A stretch of DNA of 64,000 nucleotides from NCBI GenBank assembly GCA_020536535.1, contig JAHLWZ010000829.1:1-64000 (forward strand). The letters are read 5' to 3'. This DNA comes from Pelomyxa schiedti (Eukaryota > Protista > Evosea). The translations under genes and the position numbers were made by a program. Positions 48,183 to 60,575 of the stretch are shown piece after piece. The notes beneath the pieces were generated by a model. The model saw only the letters and a list, made by a program, of their open reading frames with translations, made no database searches and was not told the origin of the DNA. Each line of letters opens with the position of its first letter. The first letter of the stretch is position 1.

Positions 48183-50566
48183 ATGGCCACAGCCGAGTGT
48201 GGCGTGGAAACAATTATGAGGGTCGCGCGCCTCGTGTGGGAGTGCGTCGTGGTCCCAGGCTGGCTCACGGCCCCGCCGCACCACCCCGCGCCCCCTCCAG
48301 ACTCGGACGGCGCCCACGACTACGACGGCTCGCCGCAGCGGCGCGACGACCAGGCCCGCGGCGCCGCGCTGTACAGCGTGGGCTCCGGGCTGTTCCCCCT
48401 CGCCGCGCGGGCGTGCGCCGCGGCCGCCGCGCTGTTCCCCCGCTGGTCCACGAGGGTCAGGCTCGCGTGCGCCGCCCGCGCCCGCGCCGTCTCGTGCGTG
48501 GAGTGGATCGCGGGCAGGAGGCGCAGGGAGTGGGCCGCCTCTGACGACGCATGCTGCGCTGCTCTCGCGGCACCAAGGTTATGATTGCACTGTGGGATTT
48601 CTTTTATTTTGTAGGTTTTTTTTCATGTGGAATCTGTAATTTCATTTGCGTATTATACCGTTATTGTTGTTTTCATATTTTTTTCCCTATTTTGACTCAC
48701 TAAATGTAGCATAGAAATCAGAAGATGTGTTTGAGTGTGCTACTTGGCTTTCTCTGTGGTGGTCATGTGGATTTGGCTGAGAAATTGGTCGCGAGTGGTG
48801 GGTTGGGATCCAGTGAAAGGCCGTTGTTCAGGGCGGTGAGGTGGCCAGGGGCACCTGGATCAAACGAGGACATGGACATGAAGGAGAGCATCAGGGCCAG
48901 CGGCATCAGCAGCTTCCACCAGCTTTTTGGGTTCGGGGAAACTGATCCTTTCATGATCCATCTGTGCCGTGACATTGACACCAAAGTTGGGGCAGTGAAG
49001 TGGGTAATTGAGTGGGCTGGAACGAGGGAACCTTGGGAGGTTTTTCAGCTTGTGACAACTGCAATGAGGGCTGGGAATGCTGAGGTCACACAATGGCTGG
49101 TGACAACTTTCAACTTGGAGGAGAAGACGAGGGACCTAAGGATTGGGCTTGGTGGTATCTGTGGTTGCATGGAAATGGGGAGGTGCCCCATGCTGATTAG
49201 ATGGTGGACTGAGACTTTCTCATTTCCTCCAGGAGAAACAAGGGACAGTAATGTACTTGGCTTTACAGTGTCCAACCCACACAGTTCGGTGGAACTATGT
49301 CAATGGGTGATGAGGAACAGGGGCCTAACAGATCTTCAACGATTCTTTTTACAAGAAGCACAGAATCCACATACGTTCAGGTGGGCCATTGAAGAATTCC
49401 ACATTGTGCCAATGGAGGAACACCTCAACAATGCCTGCGAGATGATGGGTGATCTCGAAGTTGCAAAGTGGCTGGTTACTAACCAGTCTGTCAGGCCCAC
49501 TCATGAGACAGTTTTAAATGCACGCTCGTCCAGGAGAGAAAATGTGGAACTCGTGAAATGGCTCTCAACGTTGGTTGCATTGACACCTGCTAATTTGCAA
49601 AAAGCACTTGGGAGATCACTGCACCGCGGCAACACAGCCATTGCGGAGTGGCTTGAAAGCAATTTTCATGTGGTCTCGTTGGTGCAATCCACGCCCGGTT
49701 GTTACGGTGCAACTCTGCTTGAAGCTTGCCAAAGTGGTCGTGAAGAACTTGTGAAGTCATTAAATTGGTTGCTGAAACACATGGGAGAGACACGAGTGGA
49801 GGGGATCACGATTGAACAATGTATCAAAAAAGCAACGAGTGCAAAAGCGCTCCTTCTGCTTCTGCAGAACTTTCCCTGCCATTCACTACAAGAAGACAGG
49901 CGATCAGCTTTACTTATACGCCATGTGCCTGGTGGTCTCCCACTGCAGTACCCCTTACTTATCCATCTCCTTGATTCATTTATACTAAATGGGGATGTTT
50001 CTGACATTCAAGCACTTTACTCTTTGGTGCACTTTACAGTGGATGACGTCTTGATTTGCATCAATCGCCATTCCTCAATTACTGCCTCTTCCAGCAAGGT
50101 TGTCAAGTGGCTTGTGTTGCGTTTTGGGGCAGTGAACTTCAACAACAAGATATCCCCACTGATTCACAACTTGCTTTTTTCTTCTCCTTGTAAGGCACAC
50201 TGTGCAGAGTGGCTAATTGACACCCTTGGGGTCCCCCTGACTGAGGTGAGTTTTTTTAATCACACTGTTTTGCAACTCACTAAGTTCACACAGATTCTGA
50301 AGGTAAAAACACATTCAGTAATAAGTGTCGGCCTATCAACGTGGAAAAGGATAGTGGACAAGAACCCTTCTGTTTTTTGCACTGCAGACACAGTCAGAAA
50401 GCTATGTATGCACATTGTGACATCATCTGCAGCCATTGCACATTGGTCCATGCACAGGTGGTCACTTTCTCACGAGGAGATATGCCAATTGTGGTGCAGG
50501 GAAGCTCCTCTGGGAATTGCGCCCGACATGCAACTATGGGAGAAATTTGGGGGAAACCGTAATTGA
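48183..50566 (+). CDS. Orphan divergent ankyrin-like repeat protein, two exons (1.85-kb second exon)
   Basis: Exon 1 (to 48577) splices in frame to ORF 48725-50566. Recurrent G(N/D/H)xEVAxWL-type helices (GNAEVTQWLV, GDLEVAKWLV, GNTAIAEWLE, ENVELVKWLS). Confidence 0.6.
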
Positions 50567-51168
50567 GGCATTGGTTGGAGATTCCCATTCCACCGGGCAC
50601 TTCACCCAAAACCCATTTTTTGTGCACCTTGTCCCACCACGAGATCTAATCTGTGTTGATGTTTCCCCCCTCCGCAGTTGCGTCACTGCCCTTTCGCTTT
50701 TTTAGCTTTTTTCAAAAAAAAAACCCTGTGGTAGAGTTACTCTTGGTTGGAATGAAGCTAAAAACAAACCCATAGTGACCGGCCAAAAAACATCCCCGAA
50801 AACATTTCACTTCAGAAAAAAAAAAAGAAAAAAAACAACCTTTCGGAAGCAGTGCAGCTTTTTTTTTGCTTCTCCGGAATCGATGGTACCACCAACACAA
50901 CGACAACACACAACCAACAGCAAACACGATGGGGAACAACAACCACTACAGCAACTAAAACACTGCGCCCTCAACTCCACGCAACTTTTTTTTTTTTTCT
51001 TACACACATGCAACAACATGTTTTGTAACTCTCTGCTCTGCTCTCCCTTTGTTATTATCTTTCTTTTTGGTGTTTGGGGTACAATGAGGACAGGCAGCAC
51101 GACGAGCAAGACAAATTGAACGATCAGGGAGCTGGGTTGGTGCCCAGGACTCAGCTGAGGAGAACGAG

Positions 51169-51901
51169 ATGTTGTCTGAGTTCAAGGACGCCTTCGATCA
51201 AATTTTCGATGTTCACCAGCGCCATCACTTGACCAAGGCCGATTTGAGGGACTTGTTCAAAAGACATTGTGTGTCTTCTCCTGATGCTATTCTATTCTCA
51301 ATGCTACTCTTTGAAATGTCTTATAGTTTATCTTTAAGCCCACACAACTAACTGTCATTGGTTCATTTTCGTTTTTTTTTCCCCAAGGAAATAGTAGTGT
51401 TTACTATTGTAGTTTTGCAATTCGTTTGAGTTAACTGTATTGGATTTGCTTCTTACAGACACAAAGGTGTGAGAGTTACTGATGAGCAAATTGAGCAAGC
51501 CTTTACGGAAGCTGATCACACTGGAGATGGTGTGATAGACTTCGCCGAATTTGCTGCTATGATGTCCAGGAGAATGAGGCAAACCAGTACCGAGGAAAAA
51601 CTCATGAACGCCTTCCGTGTATGTCTCTTTTATCACCTGTATTTTTTTTTCTTACATTCTTCTCCCCAAAAAGGTGTTCGATCCTGAGAGCACCGGTTTC
51701 ATTGACACCAAAGTTTTGTCCGAGGCACTTACTACCCTTGGTGACCGACTCAACCCCAAGGAGGTCGTTTTCTTTTGTTTACTTGTGTACCTCACATCAT
51801 TACAGTTGAACGAGCTTCTTGCTGTTGCCGAAAATGCTGAAGGCAAGGTCAAGTATGACCTGTTCGTCAACGAAATGTTCGCCAAGAACAAGAAGTCATA
51901 A
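51169..51901 (+). CDS. Calmodulin-like / myosin light chain-like EF-hand protein
   Basis: EFKDAF, EF-hands DHTGDGVIDFAEF and DPESTGFIDTKVL, LTTLGDRL, GKVKYDLFV; start codon uncertain. Confidence 0.85.
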
Positions 51902-52091
51902 GGGTTCCCAAGAAACACCCTTTTTTCATGTCACAGTGTAGCCGGAAAAATAAACACAATCAAACAAACGAACAAAAAAAACCTATCAATCGGTGGTGTA
52001 TAGCCTTATGTTTTCTTTTTCCCTTTTGTTGTTTTGAAAAATGGAAGAGAGAGACACTTATATTTTTTACATTTACTGGGACCACATAGTT

Positions 52092-55000
52092 TTACATGCT
52101 ACTAGTATTTCTGTTATGTAGAGTATTTGGTAGTTCTGGTGATTTGGAAGGGAGTGGGTGCTGGGAACTTGTAGTGGTTGTGCCTGTGCTTGTCTTGGGG
52201 TTTTTTAGTGTATAGGTGTGCATCATTCCACACCCTTTGATATCTACATCTTGCTCGTCGAACTCAAAGGAGTCGAACACAAGCTCGTAAGTCGCCCTGT
52301 GTAGTGTCATCCCCAGAACAACCAACACAAAAGGAATAAATAACCTGGTCATTTGTATGGTATTGGGGCTGGAACTACTCTCCATGCGGGAGGCTACATT
52401 AACTGTGCTGCCAAAAATATCAAAGGTTGGTTTGACTGACGGGTCTCCAACAATTCCCTGGTAAAATTAGAGGCATCGTGATGAAAGAACAAGATTACAG
52501 CAAAAACAGGGCCAGTGTTAATTCCAACCCGAATCCTAATTTCTGTTTGCTGGAGAGAGGCTATCATGTCAAGAGCAAAGTTGACTACCTATTCACAGGA
52601 ATTTCAAAAAAAAAAAATTGTCTCAACGTGGGGTGTACGTCTTTGGCTCTGGCGGAGTGAGAATTTCTTGCGTCTTTATCAAAGAGGCCTGCTGCACAAA
52701 AATAGCAGTCGCCTATTGTCTACTAAGAGTCAGTAAAACAATCCTATTCCAGTTTAAAGTTTCACCTTGATTTTTTCTATATGAGTGTACTTCTTCTTTA
52801 ATAGATTATCCCTAAAATGGTGTGGGAGAGCAGTCATCTCTAGGTATCATACCATGAAGAAAACATATGGTTCAGTACTTTTATTACATATGATGGTTGT
52901 ACAGAAGCGCTCCAGGGCCTGGAAGGAGTGGTTGGGAACACAATACCACAAAACAGGGGAAAAGTACGTGAACTACAAAGGAGTGTGTAAGAAAAAATGA
53001 GAAAAGGGAAGCAATTACCTGAACCACATCAGCAAACATTACAGTGGCCACAGGAACTGAAGGTGGTGAAAACACTAGGGTTTGATGACTGGAAGAAACC
53101 TGATTCCACGATATCTTGTTCGCCGTTTCTTATTCGATATGCAATCTGCCTCGGTAATACACTGAATAGAAGCTCTTCGTACATTCTTTTTTCATCTTGA
53201 AGCAACTCTTCATGTTTCTGTCCAAGAAAATTAGCTGGAAGGAAAATATTCAATATATTCAACTTGTTCTGGAGTGGTGTCACGCAAAAAAAGTGCACAT
53301 CCAATTTTCCCTCCAACAGTGAATAGGCTCAGTGTAGCGTTGGCAGGAAATGCAGTTCCATCAAGTTTTTTCGCTAGTACTGAGGAAGACCAGCTTGTCT
53401 CATTGCTCCTCTCTCTTCCAATTAACCGGTGGCGCATCTTCTCCACGTTACTTTCCAGAAGAGCACATAATTTTTCAGTATTGTCATCATCCTGCAATAG
53501 AACAGAAAAGTGCTTCCCCACAACTTGAGTTGCTGCATAGCCGGTAATATGCTCCCCACTAGAGTTCATACTCTCGATGGTACCTGTACGTAGATTTCCG
53601 ATTAAGGTTTAACCACATAAGGAATGGAAGACCTGCATCAGTCAACTCCAAAACAGCATCAACTGCGGCCATAATTATTGCACGGGATCTTTCCTATATT
53701 AGAGTTAAAAATGGTTGGAAAGGAACTACATACTTGTGCTTCATGAGAAAAATCTTTATCCATCAACCTCCCTTTCATGACAAAAGAAAGGAGGGATGGA
53801 ACATTCTTTATTATGTGCACTGGTACCATCCCCAGCATCTGGTGTGTTGTATGCAACTCGTTTTCAACTTTTTCTATTAAAAGGTAAGAAAGTACTTGTT
53901 ACAACAAAAAATTAAAAAAAATAAAAAGGAACAGAAGAAGAAGACTAAAGTTTACTCACTCATTGCAGGCTTTATTAGAAGGAAGAACAATACAAAAATG
54001 AGAGGAAGAAAGAAGGCGAAGATGTAGGCAATTTCTGTGAGATTTTAATGAAAAGAAAAAGAGCATGCACTCTGCTACTTCTGTTTGTCTCTTCGATTAT
54101 CATAGGAGCTTCAGCCACATAGATCTTTTTGGAAGTACTCAGCATCGGCATAAGGTAATTGGTTTGAAGATCCTCAAAATTAAGGAAGAGGGACAAATTG
54201 AAGTTTTTCAGAAATCTCTGAACTTTATACAATTCGTGTGCCATCTATCAATGCACTGAGATGGAAGGCAATATGGAAAAAGGAACCTCTAGATATCTTC
54301 CCATGAGTTCATCTAATCCCATGCACTGAGGTTGGTCGTATTGCTCACAAAGACTATCAAACAGCAGGGAGTCTTGCTCCACTGATCTACCTACAGATCC
54401 TGGTTCTATGTTATTTGGTTCGGAGTTGATTTCCTCCACAACCTGGAAGTCCCAGAGTTTTGTTTCCAAACTTTACCCATTCATGGGCGTTACGCAATTG
54501 TGTGATTGTTGAATCGAATTCCTGCATTATTTCGTCTTTACTATGAACTGAGGAATCGTCAACAATTGCGTCTTGGATAAGTGTGAGAAGCCGTAAGCTG
54601 AGTGATCTCCGTGACCCGGCATAATTGACCTCAAGCGCGCGTCCCTTGTGTGGATTAGTTGACATATATCAACTAGCTAGTGTAACCATATAATCATTAT
54701 TGGCTTCAAGTGAAAGAAAAGCAATCAACGCAATCGCAGACAAAATAACTAAAAACACAAGAAGGAATAGCATCCCAAGGGTAAAAATTGGTTTGATTTG
54801 GTGCCAACGCTGATTGGCTTCAACATCAAGGGAGTTCTTTGCTTCTAAAGATCTTGTGTCATAATGAACCTATTAAATGAGATTAGATCTCGCTTAGTCC
54901 CTAGTGATTGCCTTCTTTTGCTCAAGTTTGGCGGTAACTTTTTCACATATCTCTGATACACTGGCTTTGGGGATCTGTAGGAACAATTGATGCACCAACA

Positions 55001-58000
55001 AGCGCTCTCTATTCAATGAATATAGAGACGGTAGCAGTATCAGGGAAAACGCAAGCAGGGGCACAAGTGCACAAGATGAGAGGACACAGAGAGTCATGAC
55101 AAAGGTGCGCGTTGTCTGAGCATGGAACCTCTCTTCATATGCTGTGACCAATCTCCATACTCCACTCCACAATCTGCATGAAGGATTACAACAATAGATT
55201 TGATCGAGGGATTACTGTAAGGCGCCATTTGAATTGACGTAAAGGAATGCTTCTTGACCTTCTTCTGCATTCGTTTCACCATTATAGAAGCCAACAGCAT
55301 CAAATACTTTTGCTTTGTAGGCACTTATGAATAACCAGAGGGTGGTGTTCAACGTCTCTATCTCGTCAATGAGGGGGATGTAGTTTATTGATTGTAAATC
55401 TTGGTTATGCCAGGCCTCAAAAACAGCCTACAGAGTTGAGAAGCCAGCGGTTACTAAGGTACATACATACAGGATATGAGGTGTCATAATGAAAGAAAAG
55501 ATCCTTTGCGGCACTCTCCAGTTCTAGAGTTGAGCTCACCACATCGCTGCCAAAGGTGGTCATATTGAAATTATCCAAGTAACGCATATTGGAATTGACA
55601 AGTTGCATTGTCCTGGTTCCATATGAGCCCTGTTACTTGTTATTCGAGACAAAGGATAAACAGACTCACCTGTAGCTCTGCGCTACGCATTCCGCCTGCT
55701 GTTGCAATAAGGTTAAAATCAGCTTGACGTTGTTTGAAAGCTGTTCTTGCCAAAGCAAAACTGCGTTTAAGAGTAATGTGAGGAAAAAATATAAATGGCT
55801 GCCTCAGATACCTTACGACTAGTACTACGATGGAAATAAAGTTCATAAAGTACACAGAAAAAGAAAAGCGAGAGAATGCGTGGGAGCGAAAGGAAAGCTC
55901 CAATTGATTCCGGATTTTCTCTTGTTGAGCAAGTTCATCTTGCCTAATAGGCATAAGTCTAAGAAGAGAATGAAAAAGACGAACTGAAAAGTATTGGCTT
56001 CATCAAGTGCGTTGTCAAGCATAGCATTCTCTTCTGGATCACCTACCTCAGATATGGCAAACTCTGCCACAATAGGTTGTGCTGTTGGATTGTCTTGCAT
56101 CATTGGCTGATGTCTACCCAGAGTTTGTTTGGCATTATTCTGTTCTTCATGTCTTGTCTCCATGGCTTCAGCCATGGCATGGAGTTGCTGTGCCTGTACA
56201 AAATTTTGTTTCACATCTGCTAAATATTCAGCATATGCTCGAAGAACAGCAGAACTCGGTTTCTTAGGAAGAAGTTAAAAAGTAATCAGAACCAAAGATC
56301 ACACCTTTTGTGCTTTTAACATGCGCTTTTGGTTTGAAATAAAAGATGTCAGAAAGGTTTGATTTAGCACTGTTCTTACTTCAAATAATTCATCACATTG
56401 TTTCTCAGTTTTTTCAAGTTTGATGACAATTCGGGATAGAGGTCGTTGCCCAACGTATTCTCCAAGAAGAAGGGTCCAAAAACTTTTGTTTTCGTGGGCT
56501 GGATGTGAGAAGTGGGTATGGGAAGGGGAACCTGTGTATGTAATACAGAGCTTTTCCATGATACTTGGCTGCAGAAATTAGTTGTCTTATTATTGTTTCT
56601 TCTGTTTGTTGCTCCTGTTCTCTTCTGATTCGATCCAGACCAAAAAGATTAAATTGTGCTGGGATAAACCACTTGGGGATCAGCTACTAACACGTTAGAC
56701 GTAGAACGGTCCAATTCTACTCATTTACTTTGGAAGAGTTCTGGAGACAAAAATTGGCTACTTGCATATCCTTAGACATAATAGCTTCAGCATAGGCAAG
56801 CCACAAAGAAAAACTTTCAGGAAATTTCTTCACCCCCTTTGAAACAATTGAGAGGTGGTACAAAAAAGACTTCCTTACAAAGTGAAGGATGCCCGATTTT
56901 AGACAAGGGTCACTAAGAGAGGATTCCACACACACTGAAGCTAGCAGTACTTGCCATGAGAATGTGTATGAGGATGACTTGGGATCCGCCGTTGTTTTTG
57001 TAATAGCCATACTCCTTATAATTGTTCAGTGGAATACCAATAAATAAAACCCGTACTCCAAGTCACTAGGATCCTCAGCAAATGTAATTTTGCTCATTTT
57101 GCCAACAATGCGCCTTTGTTTTCAAATTAATTACGCTATTCAATCAAAAAATGTCAACTTGTATCTAAAGAGCACTGCAAGAAACCCAAGTGCACAGGCA
57201 ACTGGAATGATGCACATGGAAGCTATAAATAAAGGCAGAACCTTGTTGATTTCAAAGTTGTATAAAATTGAAGCCACCAAAGAAAATAAAGAGCTGGAAA
57301 GGGATGAGGCTACATCAAATTGGAAGAACAAAAATACCATAAACAGCAAGAGAATACTTCTGCAGCAGTTATTTGATTTGCTAGTCTCAGACGATATGGA
57401 AGAAAAAGTAGCACAAAGGAGGAGAGAACGAGAAAGAGCACTGTCTGAGCTACAGCGGGATAAACTATGGACAGTTTAATGAAAATATCAGAGAAAGGTA
57501 AGGACACACTTGGATTTCGTATGCAAGGTAAGGTAGTAATTACAAGTGCTGTGATCTTAACTACAGTAAAAAAGACAGCTGAAATGCCTGTGTACAAGTT
57601 CCAAAAAACCCTGTGAAGATAAGACAGTACAGAAAAACAGGCTAGAACTTACTTCGAAGTACAGCCAAAATTACCAGGGAGAATAAAAAATTTTGATACT
57701 ACGACTACTCCAAGTGAGATCACTCCCAACCAGCAGATTATGGCCATAGACTAATATACTTCCATTAGAATAATCATGGCAAAATATAAGAACTACGCAC
57801 CAGTATAATTTTAACGTTCGCTTCTGGTGCAAATACTCCAAGAGTTCTATGCGTGCATGAGCAATGGAGACAAGTTAAGCTACATAAAAATGTAGAGAGC
57901 ACCTTTTTCCCAATAAGAAGGGCATCCATGAACATAGAGCAGGAAAGATCAATATATCAGCACCACAATGGTAAAAAAAACAGAGAATTTTCTTGGAGTA

Positions 58001-59143
58001 CTTTGGAAGGTGCATCTATTCAAGGTAAAACTGATGCACTTTGCAGTACACATATAACCTGCTTTGCGAAGTGTACGTGCATTGAGAAGCTGAAGAGTAG
58101 AAGTAGAATGAAAACAGAGGCAGTGACTGCTGCAAAGCAATACAGTGTAATAAACTTGATTGTCCCAGGAAGCCAGCGTGTGAAAATACACAAAATTTTC
58201 ATGACAATAAGGAGGTCTCCTAATGATAATGAATTTACATAGAAAGAGTAATCAGAAGGAACCAGAGTTGGTATACAGCGAACTATTTGGCATTGTTGAC
58301 AGGAAAACTAAACCAAGAAGCTGAAGGATTTGCAGAAGGTGGCAGAAGTTCATTACACTAGGGAAAAGGTATCAGAAAAACAATGCAAGAAAAAATATTG
58401 GCATACAGCTTGTGAGGAACATAGGAGTTCAGCTCAAAGCAAAAATTAAATAATTCCTTGACAGCTAAGTATTTAGAACAAAAACGCCCCCATGAGCTCA
58501 ATAAATTAGACACATCAAGAGAAGTGCCCCAAGTTGCTGCAGAGGCAGAAACGGATTTTTCATCACTACTTTCGCTGGTTGATGTAGTTCCCGAAACAGA
58601 TCTTTTTCCTAAGAATGCACTTGATGCTTGAGGTGATGTATGCGAGGGAGTAGGTGATGGGCGTTGTGATGCCACTCTTGATGCATCAGGTGATATTAAT
58701 AAGGCAGGAACCTCCTGCTCTGGGGGTTCCTTTCCCTCAACATTCTGTTCCAGCGACAAAGCCGCCAAATTAGCAGTTATCATAGCAATAGGAATAGTTG
58801 AGGTTGCGGATGGTAAAGAACTGTGCCCATGACTTCCACTGTAACACGTGTCATATGATAAAAAACCAAGAAAAATCAGAAAGGAGAAAGGAAAGTAAAT
58901 AGCAAGGCATACATACCTCCTGTGTCTCGCACTTCTCTGTGGAGAACTTGTTTCAGCAGAGATCCGCACACGGCGTGCAGATCTGAAAGATGGGATCTCC
59001 TCACTCGTGGATGAAACACCACTTCCAGACAATGGAGTGGCAGTTCCCACACACAAAGCATTGGTTTTTGTTGTAGTTGTGGTGGTTGTCGTTGTTGTGG
59101 TTGCGGCCGCTGCAGCAGCGGGAGAGGCCGGTAGATCCGTCAT
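52092..59143 (-). CDS. Large multi-pass membrane protein with a TmcB/C-like N-terminal region, PAS domain and class III adenylyl cyclase domain
   Basis: Spliced cyclase motifs VMFADVV, EKIKTIGDCYFCAAG, RIRVGINTGPV, TFDIFGSTVNVASRMESS and DIKGCGMMHTY; PAS-like ITGYAATQVVGKHFSVLL...KKLDGTAFPA; hydrophobic exons 56700-58400. K in EKIKTIGD and D in FDIFG indicate ATP specificity. Confidence 0.85.
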
Positions 59144-59473
59144 AGCGGTTTTTTGTAATAGTGTGAATTTGTTTCGACGTACAGCCCCTTTTGCAGGCAG
59201 TTCTCAGGGCCGTAGATGTTCCGGTTCCGAATTCGTTTTTATCCATCAACGGCTGATCATTACATCAACCAAGGGTTGTTCTTTGAACAACTTATTCCCC
59301 CCAACTTGTGTTCGTCCATATTGACGTTTTATTTGCTGTTCTTAAAATACTGGAGGAAACGCTTTTGCGTGGGTTGATGGAATGACAGTGGTGCCCTGCG
59401 TGCTATTTTTAAGGGCGCACGGGGAGGGGTTTACATATAATTATTAAAATACAAGTAAGTAAAAAGAGTGAAA

Positions 59474-60193
59474 ATGCACTCTAGCGTATCAAGTGCGGTT
59501 GTTATCTCCCTCGTGTTATCTTCCGCTGTCAATGCTATGTACAGGCTGGAGACGTACTATTCTGAAACAGGTTTGTATGTGCGTTTCGTATGGCTTTGAT
59601 CTGATGTAATCTTACCCAGATTGTGGAGGTGACGTAGTGTACGCATACACAGAATACGAAGACCCATGCACCTGCCCCTGGACATGTCAAGAGACAGCTG
59701 AGATTCCAGGGTACTGGGAGGACTGTGTCTGTGTTGATGATATCGACTTCGATGAGATCTTCCCCACACAACAGTGAGTCCACGTAACAAGATATGATCT
59801 GTCGTTTGACAGTTACAATTAGGTGGGTGGCTCTGGAACTCTTTGGGTCAACGCCCTGCACTGGTGATTATAAACAAGCCATTGGATTGCCAAACGACGT
59901 CTGCACTGAAATAACTGACGGCACATCGCGGAATTACGTTTGCAGTGGGACTGAAGTCGAGCTGTCAGAGTGCACCAGCACCGCATGCGACGAAGACTGC
60001 ACAAATACCACAATGCCCGTTGATTCCTGTGTGGAAGTATCTGCTGGTGTTCACGAGCTCGCTTTATGTAGCACTAGCAGCGCTGCCTATGCTCTCCCCA
60101 CTGTGCTCCTTATGTTCTTAGGCGCTTCGCTTTGGGTATGCCTTCGCTTTTTTTCTGTTTTGATGTTCAGCCAACCCTTTGTTGCAGGTATAA
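59474..60193 (+). CDS. Small Cys-rich acidic secreted protein, probable GPI anchor
   Basis: Signal peptide MHSSVSSAVVISLVLSSAVNA, many spaced Cys, and a C-terminal small-residue site plus hydrophobic tail (SSAAYALPTVLLMFLGASLWV). Confidence 0.65.
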
Positions 60194-60575
60194 CTGAGCT
60201 GCCGTTGACGTTGTTTATAGCTCACTACAACAATAAAATTTTGCATTTTTGCGACTTGTTTTGTTTAGAGCACCGAAGCTACAAGGACAGGTGATTTTGA
60301 TGAAACCCTTGCTCAAAAGGTACTTCGCAAACACATCCCTTTTTCTCTGTGATGGCAGTTGTTTGGGCTTTCTGTGGCTTGTTAGTTAGAGGTATTCGAG
60401 GATTCAGTGAAGAAAAAGAACCCCGTTGCTCTTCAACTTCAAAAAAATGTTTTTTTTTTTAGCTACAAAAAATGGAGTTACTTCCGCTCTGTTTCCTATG
60501 TATCATTCATTCCTTATCTTTCGTAACTCCATTGTTCCTCACGCTTGCCCAAGAGGTTGATTGAGGATAAGGCAC

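Noticed and set aside
52690-52710. Apparent frameshift in the cyclase TIGDCY motif
   Set aside because: Recounting the homopolymer gives five A residues, so the frame reads DCYFCAAG intact.
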